This document shows positions 24,941 through 36,321 of a DNA stretch of 50,777 nt, piece by piece. The stretch is taken from assembly GCF_001194135.2 (NCBI RefSeq), contig NC_068989.1:58535168-58585944 (forward strand), in the 5' to 3' direction. Position 1 is the first letter of the stretch, and every line of letters begins with the position of its first letter. This stretch comes from Octopus bimaculoides. Lineage: Eukaryota. Position numbers and translations under genes: made by a program. The notes beneath the pieces were generated by a model. That model did not search any database and was not told the DNA's origin. It worked only from the letters and a program-made list of their open reading frames with translations.

Positions 24941-24969
24941 ACATATACACGCACTCATTCATACACACA

Positions 24970-25075
24970 CATGCATGCATACATACATACATACATACAT
25001 ACATACGTACATACATACATACATACATACATACATACATACATACATACATACATACATACGTGCATACATACA
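24970..25075. repeat. (CATA)n microsatellite
   Basis: Direct. Confidence 0.95.
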
Positions 25076-25164
25076 TAATACACATATATGTGTGTGCGTG
25101 TAAAATATGCATTATATGGAAATAATATATATATTGTGTGTGTATAATACATACACACATATTA

Positions 25165-25213
<49 letters not shown>

Positions 25214-26002
25214 AATGCATATATATATCTGTATATATATATATACACACAAATGCATATATATGTATATATATATCTATCTATATATACACATACATAC
25301 ATACACAGACATAAATATACATATATACACACATAAAAACATGCACACATCTATACACACGAAAACCTTAACACGGGATAACAGTGTTGTGCTGAATACA
25401 TACTAGAAACACACATGGTATATATACGTGCATGCCCGATTGAAACTTTTTAAGTGTGCGTATAAGAATGAAATTCCATTTAAGTTTACAATAGCTGTCA
25501 TGTGTGTTAATACGCACGTTGTATGTATGTTGAAACTGAATGTGCATCGCTGCATGCTAAATTTTCTGACCCTCAACGGAGAAACATGCTCTCTTCTTTG
25601 TTATTTCCAAATACAAAAAACATTGTCATCTGCTAATATCGTGTAATCTCTCTAGGTGGCGATATTTGAAGACTGGCTTGCTACATTGACTTAACATACA
25701 ATGGACTCACAACGTGTGCAATAAGACAAAAGCACGCGCTCTTTACCTTCTATGTTTTCTTTTCTTTTCATAGCTCTACATAATCACCGTTTCCTTTATA
25801 CTAAGATGCAAACTAAAACTAACACAATAGTTACATGTTAACGAATTCCTACAGATAATCTCACGGGCACTCAAAATTTCCAGAGAGTCTTTTTTTAAAT
25901 AATGAATAATAAAATAATATTACTTCTAAGCAGCTACAATAAAGCAGATCAATATATATTTTATCAGGATGATGGGCGAAGTGTGTTCCTAGTGAAGGGA
26001 AT

Positions 26003-26388
26003 TTGTTGTTGGCACTCCCTCGCTTACGACGTCGAGGGTTCCAGTTGATCCGATCAACGGAACAGCCTGCTCGTGAAATTAACGTGCAAGTGGCTGAGCA
26101 CTCCACAGACACGTGTATACTTAACGTAGTTCTCGGGGTTATTCAGTGTGACACAGTGTGACAAGGCTAACCCTTTGAATTACAGGCACAACATAAACAG
26201 GAAGAAAAAGTGAGAGAAAGTTGTGGTGAAAGATTACAGCAGGGTTCGCCACCATCCCCTGCCGGAGCCTCGTGGAGCTTTAGGTGTTTTCGCTCAATAA
26301 ACATTCACAACGCCCGGTCTGTGAATCGAAACCGCGATCCTATGACCGCAAGTCCGCTGCCCTAACCACTGGGCCATTGCGCCTCCAC
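26003..26388 (-). mobile_element. SINE-C (tRNA-Arg-like head), full length
   Basis: Reverse complement of 39865-40254. Head gtggaggcgcaatggcccagtggttagggcagcggact...ggtttcgattc; (AAC)n tail. Candidate member of the published octopus OR SINE families (unverified). Confidence 0.9.
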
Positions 26389-26989
26389 AGTAAAGGGAAT
26401 TAACTACTCGGATTCAATTCTTGGATCTAATGATTTTATTTTGTTTATGAGGTTAACGATCTTTAAAACGTATGAATGACATAGTCTATTGCTTAAAAAA
26501 TAGTTTAAAATTGTAAATAAAAGAACTGATGAATTCAATCCGAAAACCACTGCGGATTCCAAGTATGATCAACATACATCTTATTTTCCTTTAAACGAAA
26601 GCTATGTTGTTCTGCAGAACAATATATGGTGTTGAAAACAACACACAATGTAGTGAGGTCAAAAATTCTACGTTCAAATTGTGGCTCAGAAATGCCACCT
26701 GAAAACAATTTGAGAAAATGTCAGACGAAAAGCTGTAAAGGGAACATAAACAAGATAGAAAAATCTGTCCAAAAACAAATGGAGCTATAAACATTTTAGA
26801 AAAACACAGAGTAACATCTGCAATTTTCAATAAAGCCAATCAAAAAGGCAAGCATTATTTCCGTTGTTCAGTTTTAAACCAACCCCTTCAGGTAGAAATA
26901 TTATCGAAAAAGTAGGTATCCATTATTTCCGATATTCGAGTATATCTAGGGAAGGACCGTACCTTATACACAAATTTGTGAAGTTGGAT

Positions 26990-27110
26990 GCCAGTTCAGA
27001 TACAACCGGCTACAGTAAATGACATTTGACAAATGTCTCACGCAGTGGGACTGAACCTGGAACTGTGGCTGGAAACCAAACTTCGTACCACACAGCGCCA
27101 AACCTACGCC
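26990..27110 (-). mobile_element. SINE-B 5' fragment
   Basis: Reverse complement of the head and CORE-like block (tctcacgcagtgggactgaacctggaac...ccacacagc). Confidence 0.7.
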
Positions 27111-28086
27111 TATATATAAATGCGCGCGCACGCGCGGGCATAGAAGGGGTAGACAAGAAACACCAGAAGTACAACAATTGCTGTTTCTTGGCATTTATTA
27201 AGTGGTCTTCCTCTTCAAAATACCTACCTACCAGCACACACATATAAATATACATACATACATACATATATAATACACGGCTTTTTCGAATAAATTACGT
27301 AACAACCTTCTCCAACTACAGTTCTCATATTCGGTTAAAATGTCTTACGTTTAAGCTGGTACCCATGCATTTCCCTGAAGAGAAGTTTACATTCTTATCA
27401 ACATCACCTATTCCTATGGAAAGTATAATTTGTAATCTTCGAAACATATGTTGGAAATAAAAGTATTCAGTTAACATATGCGTTTTACTCCATTTACTAA
27501 ATTTATATATACTCAAGTACCCAAAATAACAAGGAGTTTCTACCTCATAAACAGGAGTTACACCACAGTCATTTTGTGATCTTTGCTACCCTGGTATCTA
27601 TTAACCATTTTATTTTGTCCGAATTAATTATTAACTAGGAGAAAATAAATACATNNNNNNNNNNNNNNNNNNNNNNNNNNNNNNNNNNNNNNNNNNNNNN
27701 NNNNNNNNNNNNNNNNNNNNNNNNNNNNNNNNNNNNNNNNNNNNNNNNNNNNNNNNNNNNNNNNNNNNNNNNNNNNNNNNNNNNNNNNNNNNNNNNNNNN
27801 NNNNNNNNNNNNNNNNNNNNNNNNNNNNNNNNNNNNNNNNNNNNNNNNNNNNNNNNNNNNNNNNNNNNNNNNNNNNNNNNNNNNNNNNNNNNNNNNNNNN
27901 NNNNNNNNNNNNNNNNNNNNNNNNNNNNNNNNNNNNNTCCTTTAATTTCGTTTACGGGAAACGTTTTGAATACGCATATAAGAGCTTCTATTTTATTATG
28001 CCGGCTACAACCTAATGATGCCAACTGGCAACACTAGCTTTTTGGGGTCGGACTGAGCTGTGCCGATATAATGTAGGATAAATACT

Positions 28087-28087
<1 letters not shown>

Positions 28088-28156
<69 letters not shown>

Positions 28157-28181
28157 TAATAATAATAATAATAATAATAAT
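28088..28181. repeat. (TAA)n microsatellite
   Basis: Direct. Confidence 0.95.
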
Positions 28182-28707
28182 CCTTGGATGGAATTTATAA
28201 ATATTTTAATGCATCACTACGCATATTTCCACAAATCGCATTTTTCTTAAGATCATAGTGTGCATTCCTGGGATGATTACAGTAAAGTCCGTAGTATCCG
28301 TGGACATCGGGTAGATGATGCTCATGTATTCGTTTCTTCAGGCGATATGGCATTAACGGATGTTTAACTGAGGGTTGCTTATTAATTCTCACCAATGAAA
28401 AGGTTGATTGGGATATGAAGGCATTTCTGTATGTATTTGGTGGGGAGGAGTAGAAGGTGATGGAAAGAAAGGAAGGAATGGTAGTTATAAGGAGATAGAG
28501 GTGTGTGTGGTGATGTTGGACTTATTTTGATATTTGAGTATGCAGATGACAGGATGGGTAGTATAGTTCTTTTGCTTGACCTTAACCACACCAGGCGCCT
28601 CCTTAATGAATTCAGAAATAGTCATATGGACTATGATCTTAAGAAACATGTGATTTGTGGAAACGCGTGTAGTGATGCATTAAAATATTTATAAATTCCA
28701 TCCAAGG
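28182..28707. mobile_element. Fold-back element with 78-bp terminal inverted repeats, probably Penelope-derived
   Basis: Arms 28182-28259 and 28630-28707 have 6 mismatches in 78 bp. The minus strand gives GIY-YIG-like peptides YIQKCLHIPINLFIGE and RLKKRIHEH...NHPRNAHYD. Confidence 0.6.
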
Positions 28708-28765
28708 ATTATTATTATTATGACTACTATATATATCATATATATAATAAATACATATATATAGA

Positions 28766-29049
28766 CATAAGAGTAACGGAAAATGGCGACAAACGCTCAA
28801 AATGTTATTTAAATCCTTTATACCACCATATCACCAACATATGTTTCGATAGATGCATTAAAATAAATCCGAGAGGATGAATAATGTGGTACAATGCATC
28901 AATCTTATCAGGGAGGATATAAACAAACAGCGTGCATTAATAAGACATTTATTTTAATGCATCTATCAAAACATATGTCGGTGATATGGTGATATAAATG
29001 ATTTAAATAACATCTTGAGCGTTTGTCTCCATTTTCCACTATTCTTATG
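28766..29049. mobile_element. Fold-back element with 103-bp inverted arms containing a hammerhead fold
   Basis: Arms 28766-28868 and 28947-29049 have 9 mismatches in 103 bp; 78-bp spacer. Confidence 0.75.
28828..28920 (-). ncRNA. Hammerhead-ribozyme relic (G8A)
   Basis: AUAUCCUCC-CUGAUAA-GAUUGAUGCAUU-(33 nt)-AAUGCAUCUAUC-GAAAC-AUAU-GU-U-GGUGAUAU. Stem II 11/12 bp; palindromic stem III ACAUAUGU. Confidence 0.6.
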
Positions 29050-29204
29050 TTCTCCAAAACACGTCTCGCTTCTGCCCAGAATTAACTCTCACGCAAGTGT
29101 GATCACTAATTCCTAGGACGCTTATGTGACATCTGGTTGCCTTGTAATTGCCCTTCTTGATCTTTCCTATAAATTGAACATTCGTTTATATAGACACAAA
29201 TATA

Positions 29205-29376
29205 TGGCGTGGCTAGGCCAAAGCGTGTGATAAGAAGTCTGCTTCCCAACCACGTGGCTCCGGGTTCAGTCCCTCTGCGTGACACCTTGAACAAGTGTCT
29301 TCTACTATAGCCTCCTCAGGCCGACCGAAGTCCTGTGAGTGGATTTGGTAGATGGAAACCGAAAGAAACCCGTCGT
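29205..29376 (+). mobile_element. SINE-B 5' half
   Basis: aagaagtctgcttcccaaccacgtggctccgggttcagtccc...gacaccttgaacaagtgtcttctactatagcc...aaagaaacccgtcg. Confidence 0.85.
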
Positions 29377-29394
29377 ATATATATATATATATAC

Positions 29395-29428
<34 letters not shown>

Positions 29429-29429
29429 A

Positions 29430-29900
29430 TAAGAGGGTACTGTGCATATAGTTATGGAAGCTGTGAAGTTTAGCTTGCTATCACAATGAACTCATCTTTC
29501 TGAATGGCTAGGTTTTTTTTTTATTTTGCGTATTTTCTTTAGTTACGTCTTGTTTGTTGAAGTCTGTAGTTAACGTATAATTATGCAAAATTTACCTTTT
29601 GTTTTCGTCGTAATTTATTGTAGAACGATTGGGGACTCAGGCAGGGGTGGAATAATTCATGATGATTGTATACAAGTGCTGTTTTTTTCTGTGTTGATGG
29701 AATGTGATACCTGCGAGTGCTTTAGATGCTTTTCTACATTGTTTTGTTTACTGGAATATAAATTCTACGAGTGCTGCGAACATGTAGAGGTTTTGTACAA
29801 AATTACTAGTATTTTTGATTGTGAATGATATGTTTAACATTTTTGCATATGGTGACTGGTTGTGTCTTCTGTTCTTTAGTATTGCTGGTAAGGAAACTGT
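29430..29900 (-). mobile_element. Possible Penelope ORF N-terminal relic
   Basis: Peptide KASKALAGITFHQHRKKQHLYT loosely resembles the Penelope N-terminal K-I-x-K...I-x-F-x-x-x-C...L-x-P block; many stops. Confidence 0.25.
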
Positions 29901-30081
29901 TGGATTTAGTTGGTGCCACAATTAATCTATTATTTTAGGCAGATACCATCAATTTTGGAGCTACTGTTAGTCTATTATTGTGCATAGTGTATCTGTGGTG
30001 CTGCGTACAATGTTGTATATGTATATATATATATACGTTATTTACAATTGACGGATACTAGTCCTCATCTTGTTTGTTGTT

Positions 30082-30127
30082 AACACAACGTTTCGGTTGA
30101 TATACCCTCCAACCTTCATCAGGTGTC
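30082..30127 (-). ncRNA. Minimal type I hammerhead ribozyme (Penelope type)
   Basis: GACAC-CUGAUGA-A-GGUUG-GAGGGUAUAU-CAACC-GAAAC-GU-U-GUGUU. Intact core, 5-bp stem I (one GU pair), perfect 5-bp stem II, loop-less palindromic stem III (ACGU), GUU cleavage triplet. Confidence 0.75.
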
Positions 30128-30175
30128 TTGGGGAAATTTCGAACCTGAGTTCTCATTCCTAAGGTATTTTTCGAT

Positions 30176-30179
30176 GTTG

Positions 30180-30244
<65 letters not shown>
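30176..30244. repeat. (TTA)n microsatellite internal to SINE-E
   Basis: Direct. Confidence 0.95.
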
Positions 30245-30248
<4 letters not shown>

Positions 30249-30550
30249 TCACTGAATCAAACTCGGAGTGTTGGGGTTAGTAGCCCGCGCTCTTTATATT
30301 TTTACCTTTTAATATGATAACATTTAGGTATATTAGATTTTATTGACTCTATACTCAACTTTAAAACTTGTTTCAAGTTCCGCTGGCACCTTATTTAACT
30401 AGACAGGTTGAATAAGCTGTCAGGAAAAACATAAAACACCAGCCAGCACGAAATTTACCACAAATTTTACACCACTCTTAGTATTGTGATCCCAGTCAGT
30501 AAATATTCCATTGTTATTTATAATTTGCTTTAAAATAACAACCTCGATTT

Positions 30551-30679
30551 AGGCGCCGTGTGGCTGTGTGGTAAGAAGTTTATCTCCAGGTTCAGTTCCA
30601 ATGCGTGTTACCTTAGACGAGTGTCTTCTACTATAATCTCGGCCCGACCATGGTAGACGGAAACTGAAAGAAGCATGTC

Positions 30680-30680
<1 letters not shown>
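30551..30680 (+). mobile_element. SINE-B 5' half with deletions
   Basis: ggcgccgtgtggctgtgtggtaagaag...gtgtcttctactata...tggtagacggaaactgaaagaagc. Confidence 0.75.
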
Positions 30681-30713
<33 letters not shown>

Positions 30714-30722
30714 GTATATATA

Positions 30723-31526
30723 TGGCAAATGAAAGATGGAAGATTTGGCAGATTTTGTATGGCGACTGAAAGAGGATAAAATGAAGTACAGCATTAATCG
30801 GTCCATCGTAAGGTACGCGAAACCATACAATACAATTTCCAGGAGATGCTTCTCTGCTCCGAGGAATCCCTGTCTATTCTGTGAACTAACGAAAAAAGAT
30901 CATTAATAGAATTTCTGAACGACCCTCGAGATGCCTACACGCATATAAATGTACTTTCGCACAATGCAGTGGGAATGAATTTTGAGTAACCGTTTGCATA
31001 ATTTCATTTACTTTAAGGTATGGATGACTTGAGTTTGCTTTTAACTTCTCCATTCTTATAAACACCAAGTAAATAACTAACTCGCTTTGTGATCATGAGT
31101 GCACCGAACCTCACGTGTGCATATGCTCACATTTTTGCAGATGCTTGTATGAGCGAGTGGACTTGCTCGAGGGCGTTTATACATCCATATCTGTCAACGG
31201 TTATTTTAAACACTCTTCGCGCTGGATTGCGTGTTCGTTTCTCTTTTTAACATCTGTGATTTTACTTTTGTACTTCTATATAAATGAAGATATTTCTTAC
31301 GTCTGGCTGCTTTTCTTTCCTCAAAACGGTAAGTTACATTGCGGAACAGTTATTTTAACGAGTTGTATTTATATATCACCCGACGTGATACATCTGCACC
31401 ACCGGATGCTCCTGAATCAGTTGCTGAGTGTCCCACCCATGAAGAATCGATGCGAGATGTGTCGAAACAATTGTCGTGATTAATAATAAATTCTCGTATA
31501 TTCCATCTTCCGTCTTTCATTTGCCA
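30723..31526. mobile_element. Non-autonomous TIR element (about 800 bp)
   Basis: TA|tggcaaatgaaagatggaagat ... atcttccgtctttcatttgcca|TA: 22-bp TIR with 1 mismatch and TA flanks; no recognisable transposase. Confidence 0.75.
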
Positions 31527-31605
31527 TACACCTAGCGATCACTGTGAAAGTGACCTTGCTTTACCAGTAAGCTACAAGGTGTAAACCATTATTTTTATTA
31601 TCCAT

Positions 31606-31677
<72 letters not shown>

Positions 31678-31814
31678 CTGTACAAAGCAGTATAAGTAGA
31701 TAAATAGTTAGGTAAGTAGGGAGACATTTTGTTCGCTAGCTCGATAGATAGATGAATAAAGAAATAGACTGATAGTGAGTTTGATAGAAGGACAGATGTA
31801 TGTGTATGTACACA

Positions 31815-32030
31815 CGAGGGGGTGCAGCAAAGTTCCTGGCTTTATAGGTATCGCGAAAGGCCTCGTTGAAGGCCCGACCTTCCGAGTTCTTTTACAGGGT
31901 TTAGAAAAACTGAGGAACCGCTACAATAAGTGTTTGAATCTGAGAGTGGAATATGTTGAACAAAATTATAATTAGCTGTCCCTCCTGTATTTTCTTTTAC
32001 CAAAGCCAGAAACTTTTCAGCATGCCCTCG
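31815..32030 (+). mobile_element. Mariner-derived MITE (216 bp)
   Basis: About 29-bp imperfect TIRs (cgagggggtgcagcaaagttcctggcttt / aaagccagaaacttttcagcatgccctcg|ta). The interior keeps only the transposase C-terminus LQGLEKLRNRYNKCLNLRVEYVE. Confidence 0.85.
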
Positions 32031-32349
32031 TATGTATATCTCTTTTGGAATGAGTTCTTTGTGCATATTAACATAGAGTTCTACACTATTTAACGTTTCA
32101 CTTCTGTTGCAGGATTCGCTGTGTGTACATATTTACGTCGATCTATGTGTGCGTATATGTATATAATCTTGTTAAAGAATTCTTGTGTATATTAACCTTT
32201 ATATATTTATATATATATGTATGTATAATTATAATCATAATTATAACAAGGGCTTGGCTTGCGCATCACCACGCACTGAAAAAAATAGACGTCAAAAGAC
32301 ACTATTACCACCATGAATTCTCCGAGAATAACACACCACATAATATGCC

Positions 32350-32406
<57 letters not shown>

Positions 32407-32730
32407 TAACAAAGATGTACAGGTGTCAATTCATTACGGCCGTTTCAAACGGCTCCTTTAATTGATTAATGAAAACATTACATCATTTGAAAGAAACGGT
32501 TCCCGTCAGATGGCCGCATAGATTTCAAGCATAAAGGATACAACCATTTCCTTAACATATTCATCACAATAATGGAACTCAAAATATGCAATATGCACGG
32601 AGTTTTGATATTTAATATTCAATTAATAGATATATATATATATAAATATAAACATATTCACAATCAGTCAATCAATATATATATAAAAATATATATAAGT
32701 ACATACATACATCTACACATACACACACAC

Positions 32731-32779
<49 letters not shown>

Positions 32780-33748
32780 GAGCATGTGCATATTCATTTA
32801 GAGTTGGCCTTACAATTGAGTGAGTCCCATTATTTATGTAGCGTCATCAGATGTACGAATTATTCTTTTTATATAACTACACACATATATGTGTGTCTGA
32901 ATTCCCTGAACATATCGGAATGTTTGACTGGATAAGTGATAAGTCTTCTTAAAAGCGGTATTTTAAATAATATATAATGTTGTTTAAAATGTGTTGCTTA
33001 AAAGCAGTATATAAATAATGTCGTTTGATTAAATAAGTGATATGTTCTTTGTAGTAGTATACAATTTTTAAGATAAAACTAAGGTTAAGTAATATATGGA
33101 AGGTTTATACCAGCCACCATCTGTCGTGGTACAGTGCTAGTTCTCATGCCGCAACGCTATCAAAGTCGACCTAAACATTTCTACTTCCACTAGCAGTAGG
33201 AAATTCGGAAGACGCTTGCTATAATAGCCTTAACAGACATTGTTTTCGTTTCGACTTAGCATGCGCAGGGCTAAGCTAATAGGGCTCAAGTGGTTTTTAT
33301 CAGTGAAGTATGATACTTATATTATCGACTAGAAAACGATAAACTTAAATTGGCAGCCTCTTCTGTGCTTTATGCCATATGAATTTAAAGATATTGATTT
33401 TGTTTGTTTTGTATGTTGCGTGGAATGTATTAAGCAACGTCATAATGAGGTCAACATAAAAATCTTTGTCAGTTAAAAATGAACTTACTGATCGGACGGT
33501 TAGATTATTTACGTCTGTATAGAAACCTTACCGAGATATCTTAACATATACGACGGACATTTATGAAAGTAGAGTAGAACGATTTCAACCAAGATTCATT
33601 ACGGTTCGTGAATTCAGCCAGCCAAAAATTTCATTCTTTTTATTTTGCGGAACTCGTGACTTTCTGGTCTATATTAAAGATAAGTTGATTAAATAATGTA
33701 TAAACATTCATTGCGAGAAGTTAGATTAAACAATCTTTATCCAAAGTC

Positions 33749-33946
33749 AGGGCGGCTAACTGACAAAATCGTTAGCACGGCGGGTAAAATGCTTAGCGGC
33801 ATTTTGTCCGTCTTTATGATCTGAGTTCGAATTCTGCCGAGGTCGACTTAACATTTCATCTTTTCGAGATCGATAAAATAAGTACCAATCGACTTATCCC
33901 ATTCCCCCAAATTGCTGGCTTTTTTGCCAAAATTTGAATCCAATAT
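33749..33946 (+). mobile_element. SINE-A (tail type 2) with TSD
   Basis: Full copy; direct repeat tttatccaaag at 33736-33746 and 33947-33957. Confidence 0.9.
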
Positions 33947-34287
33947 TTTATCCAAAGACAGTTGGCTTCAATTCGGAATCGAAACTCGGCTCATAGACTT
34001 GATTTTTCTGAGTTGACCTTTTTGTTATGGCAGCCACAACTTGTTGCAGTATATTGGTACCTTTTTGAGAAGGCACAAATATTAAGGTTTTAGGGGAGAG
34101 AAATGGGATATTTTGATTTTTATTTCGTTTTGTATCGTTTTCCTTTCCACTAAACATAAACGATGTTAGCGGAACATGTTTCACTACTGGTTGTCGTTGT
34201 TGTTTAGTCACAGGGCAGATTTGATCGAGCACACTTATGTTCAAAGATGTTTTAGTTTTACTTTATGATCAGTGTTTAAGAACTTTA

Positions 34288-34504
34288 TACTTTTCTACTC
34301 TAGGTAATAAGGCCCAAAATTTTGGGGGAGGGGGCCAGTCGATTACATCGACCCCAGTGCACAGTTGGTACTTAATTTATCGATCCTGAAAAGATGAAAG
34401 GCAAAGTCGACCTCGGCGGAATTTGAACTCAGAAAGTAAAGACAGACGAAATACCGCTAATCACTTCGCCCGGCATGCTAACGTTTCTGCCAGCTCACCG
34501 CCTT
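34288..34504 (-). mobile_element. SINE-A (tail type 1) with TSD
   Basis: Full reverse copy; flanking direct repeat tgtttaagaa at 34273-34282 and 34505-34514. Confidence 0.9.
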
Positions 34505-36052
34505 TGTTTAAGAAACTATATTATCTAATATATCCTGCTTTTCATAGAGAGACATGGTTGCTATTTTTAGCAGAATGAGTAACCATGAAGAGGTTAGATT
34601 TAGTTTGTTGTCTATATTGGGATTCACCACTAGTTCTACGGTGCTCGGCGACTACTGGCATGAAATTAGGTGTACAGATGATTGATAACCCCTAGTATAC
34701 GACTGATATTTGTTTTATTGAAACGTATATCTATGATGGAGGTAAATAGGATATGGTATGGCTCATGATATTGGGCAAGCGGTAAACATTGATGAAACTG
34801 AATTTGAGTCTGATCTTTCATCATAAATAGTTGTGAGGGCTTTCATTGTCTAGACTTATTTCCTCGCAGGACTGATTAATTGGATGTCCTTGCCAGGAAC
34901 GCAGCGTTGGATACAGGCAGTTTTTTCCTCCTTGTTTTTTTATATCAGCAAGCTATCTTCCTCATAATTTTGTCAGTTGCACTGAAATAAAATCATAGCA
35001 CTCTTGCGAAATTGGGCACAAAAAGTGGCCAAAGACAGACAAAAACATCGATTTATATAAAACTACGAGACAAATTATTTCAGGGGGTGATAAATATTTA
35101 GTTTGGTTGAGGTAAAGACATAACAGTGAAAGAAGTTTTACGTTCGATGGTTTTATTAATCTTCCGAGTTTTAGTTATTAAAAAAAGGGAAAAATATGTT
35201 CAACTTGGTAGCCTGTGACTAATCAAATCAAAACAGTAGATGCATATTATTAAAACAAAGTGCTTTAGTTTTAGTTTCTATCTAAACCAACATGTGTAAG
35301 ATGTGCTCTTCTTTTTTCATCTCTATATTTCTAATTTCGTTCATTATGCTATTTGAACAACGCTTACGTACGTAAACACACACACACACACACGTACAAA
35401 CACACATACGTAAATACATACATATTTACATACATACATACGTACATACATACGCATGCAATGATATGATGAATAAAATGTTATACACTTAGATGTAATT
35501 GTACCTAAAGACACTCATCTTCGTATAAATAAACACTGTAAAAAACAATATTTGCGTGTTTTATGTAAACATACCACGTTCAGTAAAAGAAGTACACAAA
35601 GAATACAACTAGTCTCATTCTTCTGCTTATGTACAAAACTTAAATTAAGCAAAATATCTGTAGAGGAAAACGACTTCTTCTCCAAGAAATGACGTGGTGG
35701 CGCATGCCAATGTCATTCTAATGATAATATTTATCTCAAGTTCTGCATAATTGTCCACGCGTGTACACACTGTTCAATTATATTACCAGACAGAGAAATA
35801 ATTTTCGGAAAATAGAACGGCCAGAAAAGAAAGTGATTCTTTTAAGCCGTTAACACTTTCCATAAGACATCTATTTCTGATCCAGGAAGCGGTCTCCATA
35901 TTTTGTGGAAAAATGAAAGCATCTTCATGTGTATATTATTTCATTTCACCTTCACTTTAATGTTTACGTAAATATATGCTTACATATATCTATGTATATG
36001 TTTAGCATATAACTAAGCTAGAATATATCATGTATACACACTCATGTATAAC

Positions 36053-36100
36053 ATAATATAATATAATATAATATAATATAATATAATATAATATAATATA
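36053..36100. repeat. (ATAAT)n pentanucleotide repeat
   Basis: Direct. Confidence 0.9.
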
Positions 36101-36246
36101 GCCTGTAATCTCATTTGTGTAGCTATTGTGTTTCCTGAGTCACTCGCTGGTAATAACAGAAAAGAATATTGAAATTTTTTAAGGTAAAGTCAGTTTTGTG
36201 AAAGTACACACTCAGTTTTTTCGATTGAACGGCAGTTAATTCACGT

Positions 36247-36321
36247 TGTCAGCGCTTGTAATGTCAGCGCTTGTAATGTCAGCGCTTGTAATGTCAGCGC
36301 TTGTAATGTCAGCGTTTGTAA
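36247..36321. repeat. 15-bp minisatellite (tgtcagcgcttgtaa) x5
   Basis: Four identical units and a fifth with one substitution. Confidence 0.95.

Larger units (their letters stand above)
30034..30295 (-). mobile_element. SINE-E: 5'-truncated tRNA-like head + (TAA)n + hammerhead-containing 3' module
   Basis: Minus strand: anticodon-arm-like GGG-CTACTAA-CCC (30274-30286), B-box-like GAGTTTGATTC (30254-30264), (TAA)n (30176-30244), then the hammerhead at 30082-30127. Confidence 0.65.

Noticed and set aside
33240-33310. Minus-strand CTGATAA...cttagc/gctaag...GAAAC as a fourth hammerhead
   Set aside because: The core is about 27 nt from the stem, there is no GUH after GAAAC, and no stem I.
35650-35930. 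Repeat-free stretch as a host exon or conserved element
   Set aside because: Only short closed frames were found, and conservation cannot be judged without alignments.
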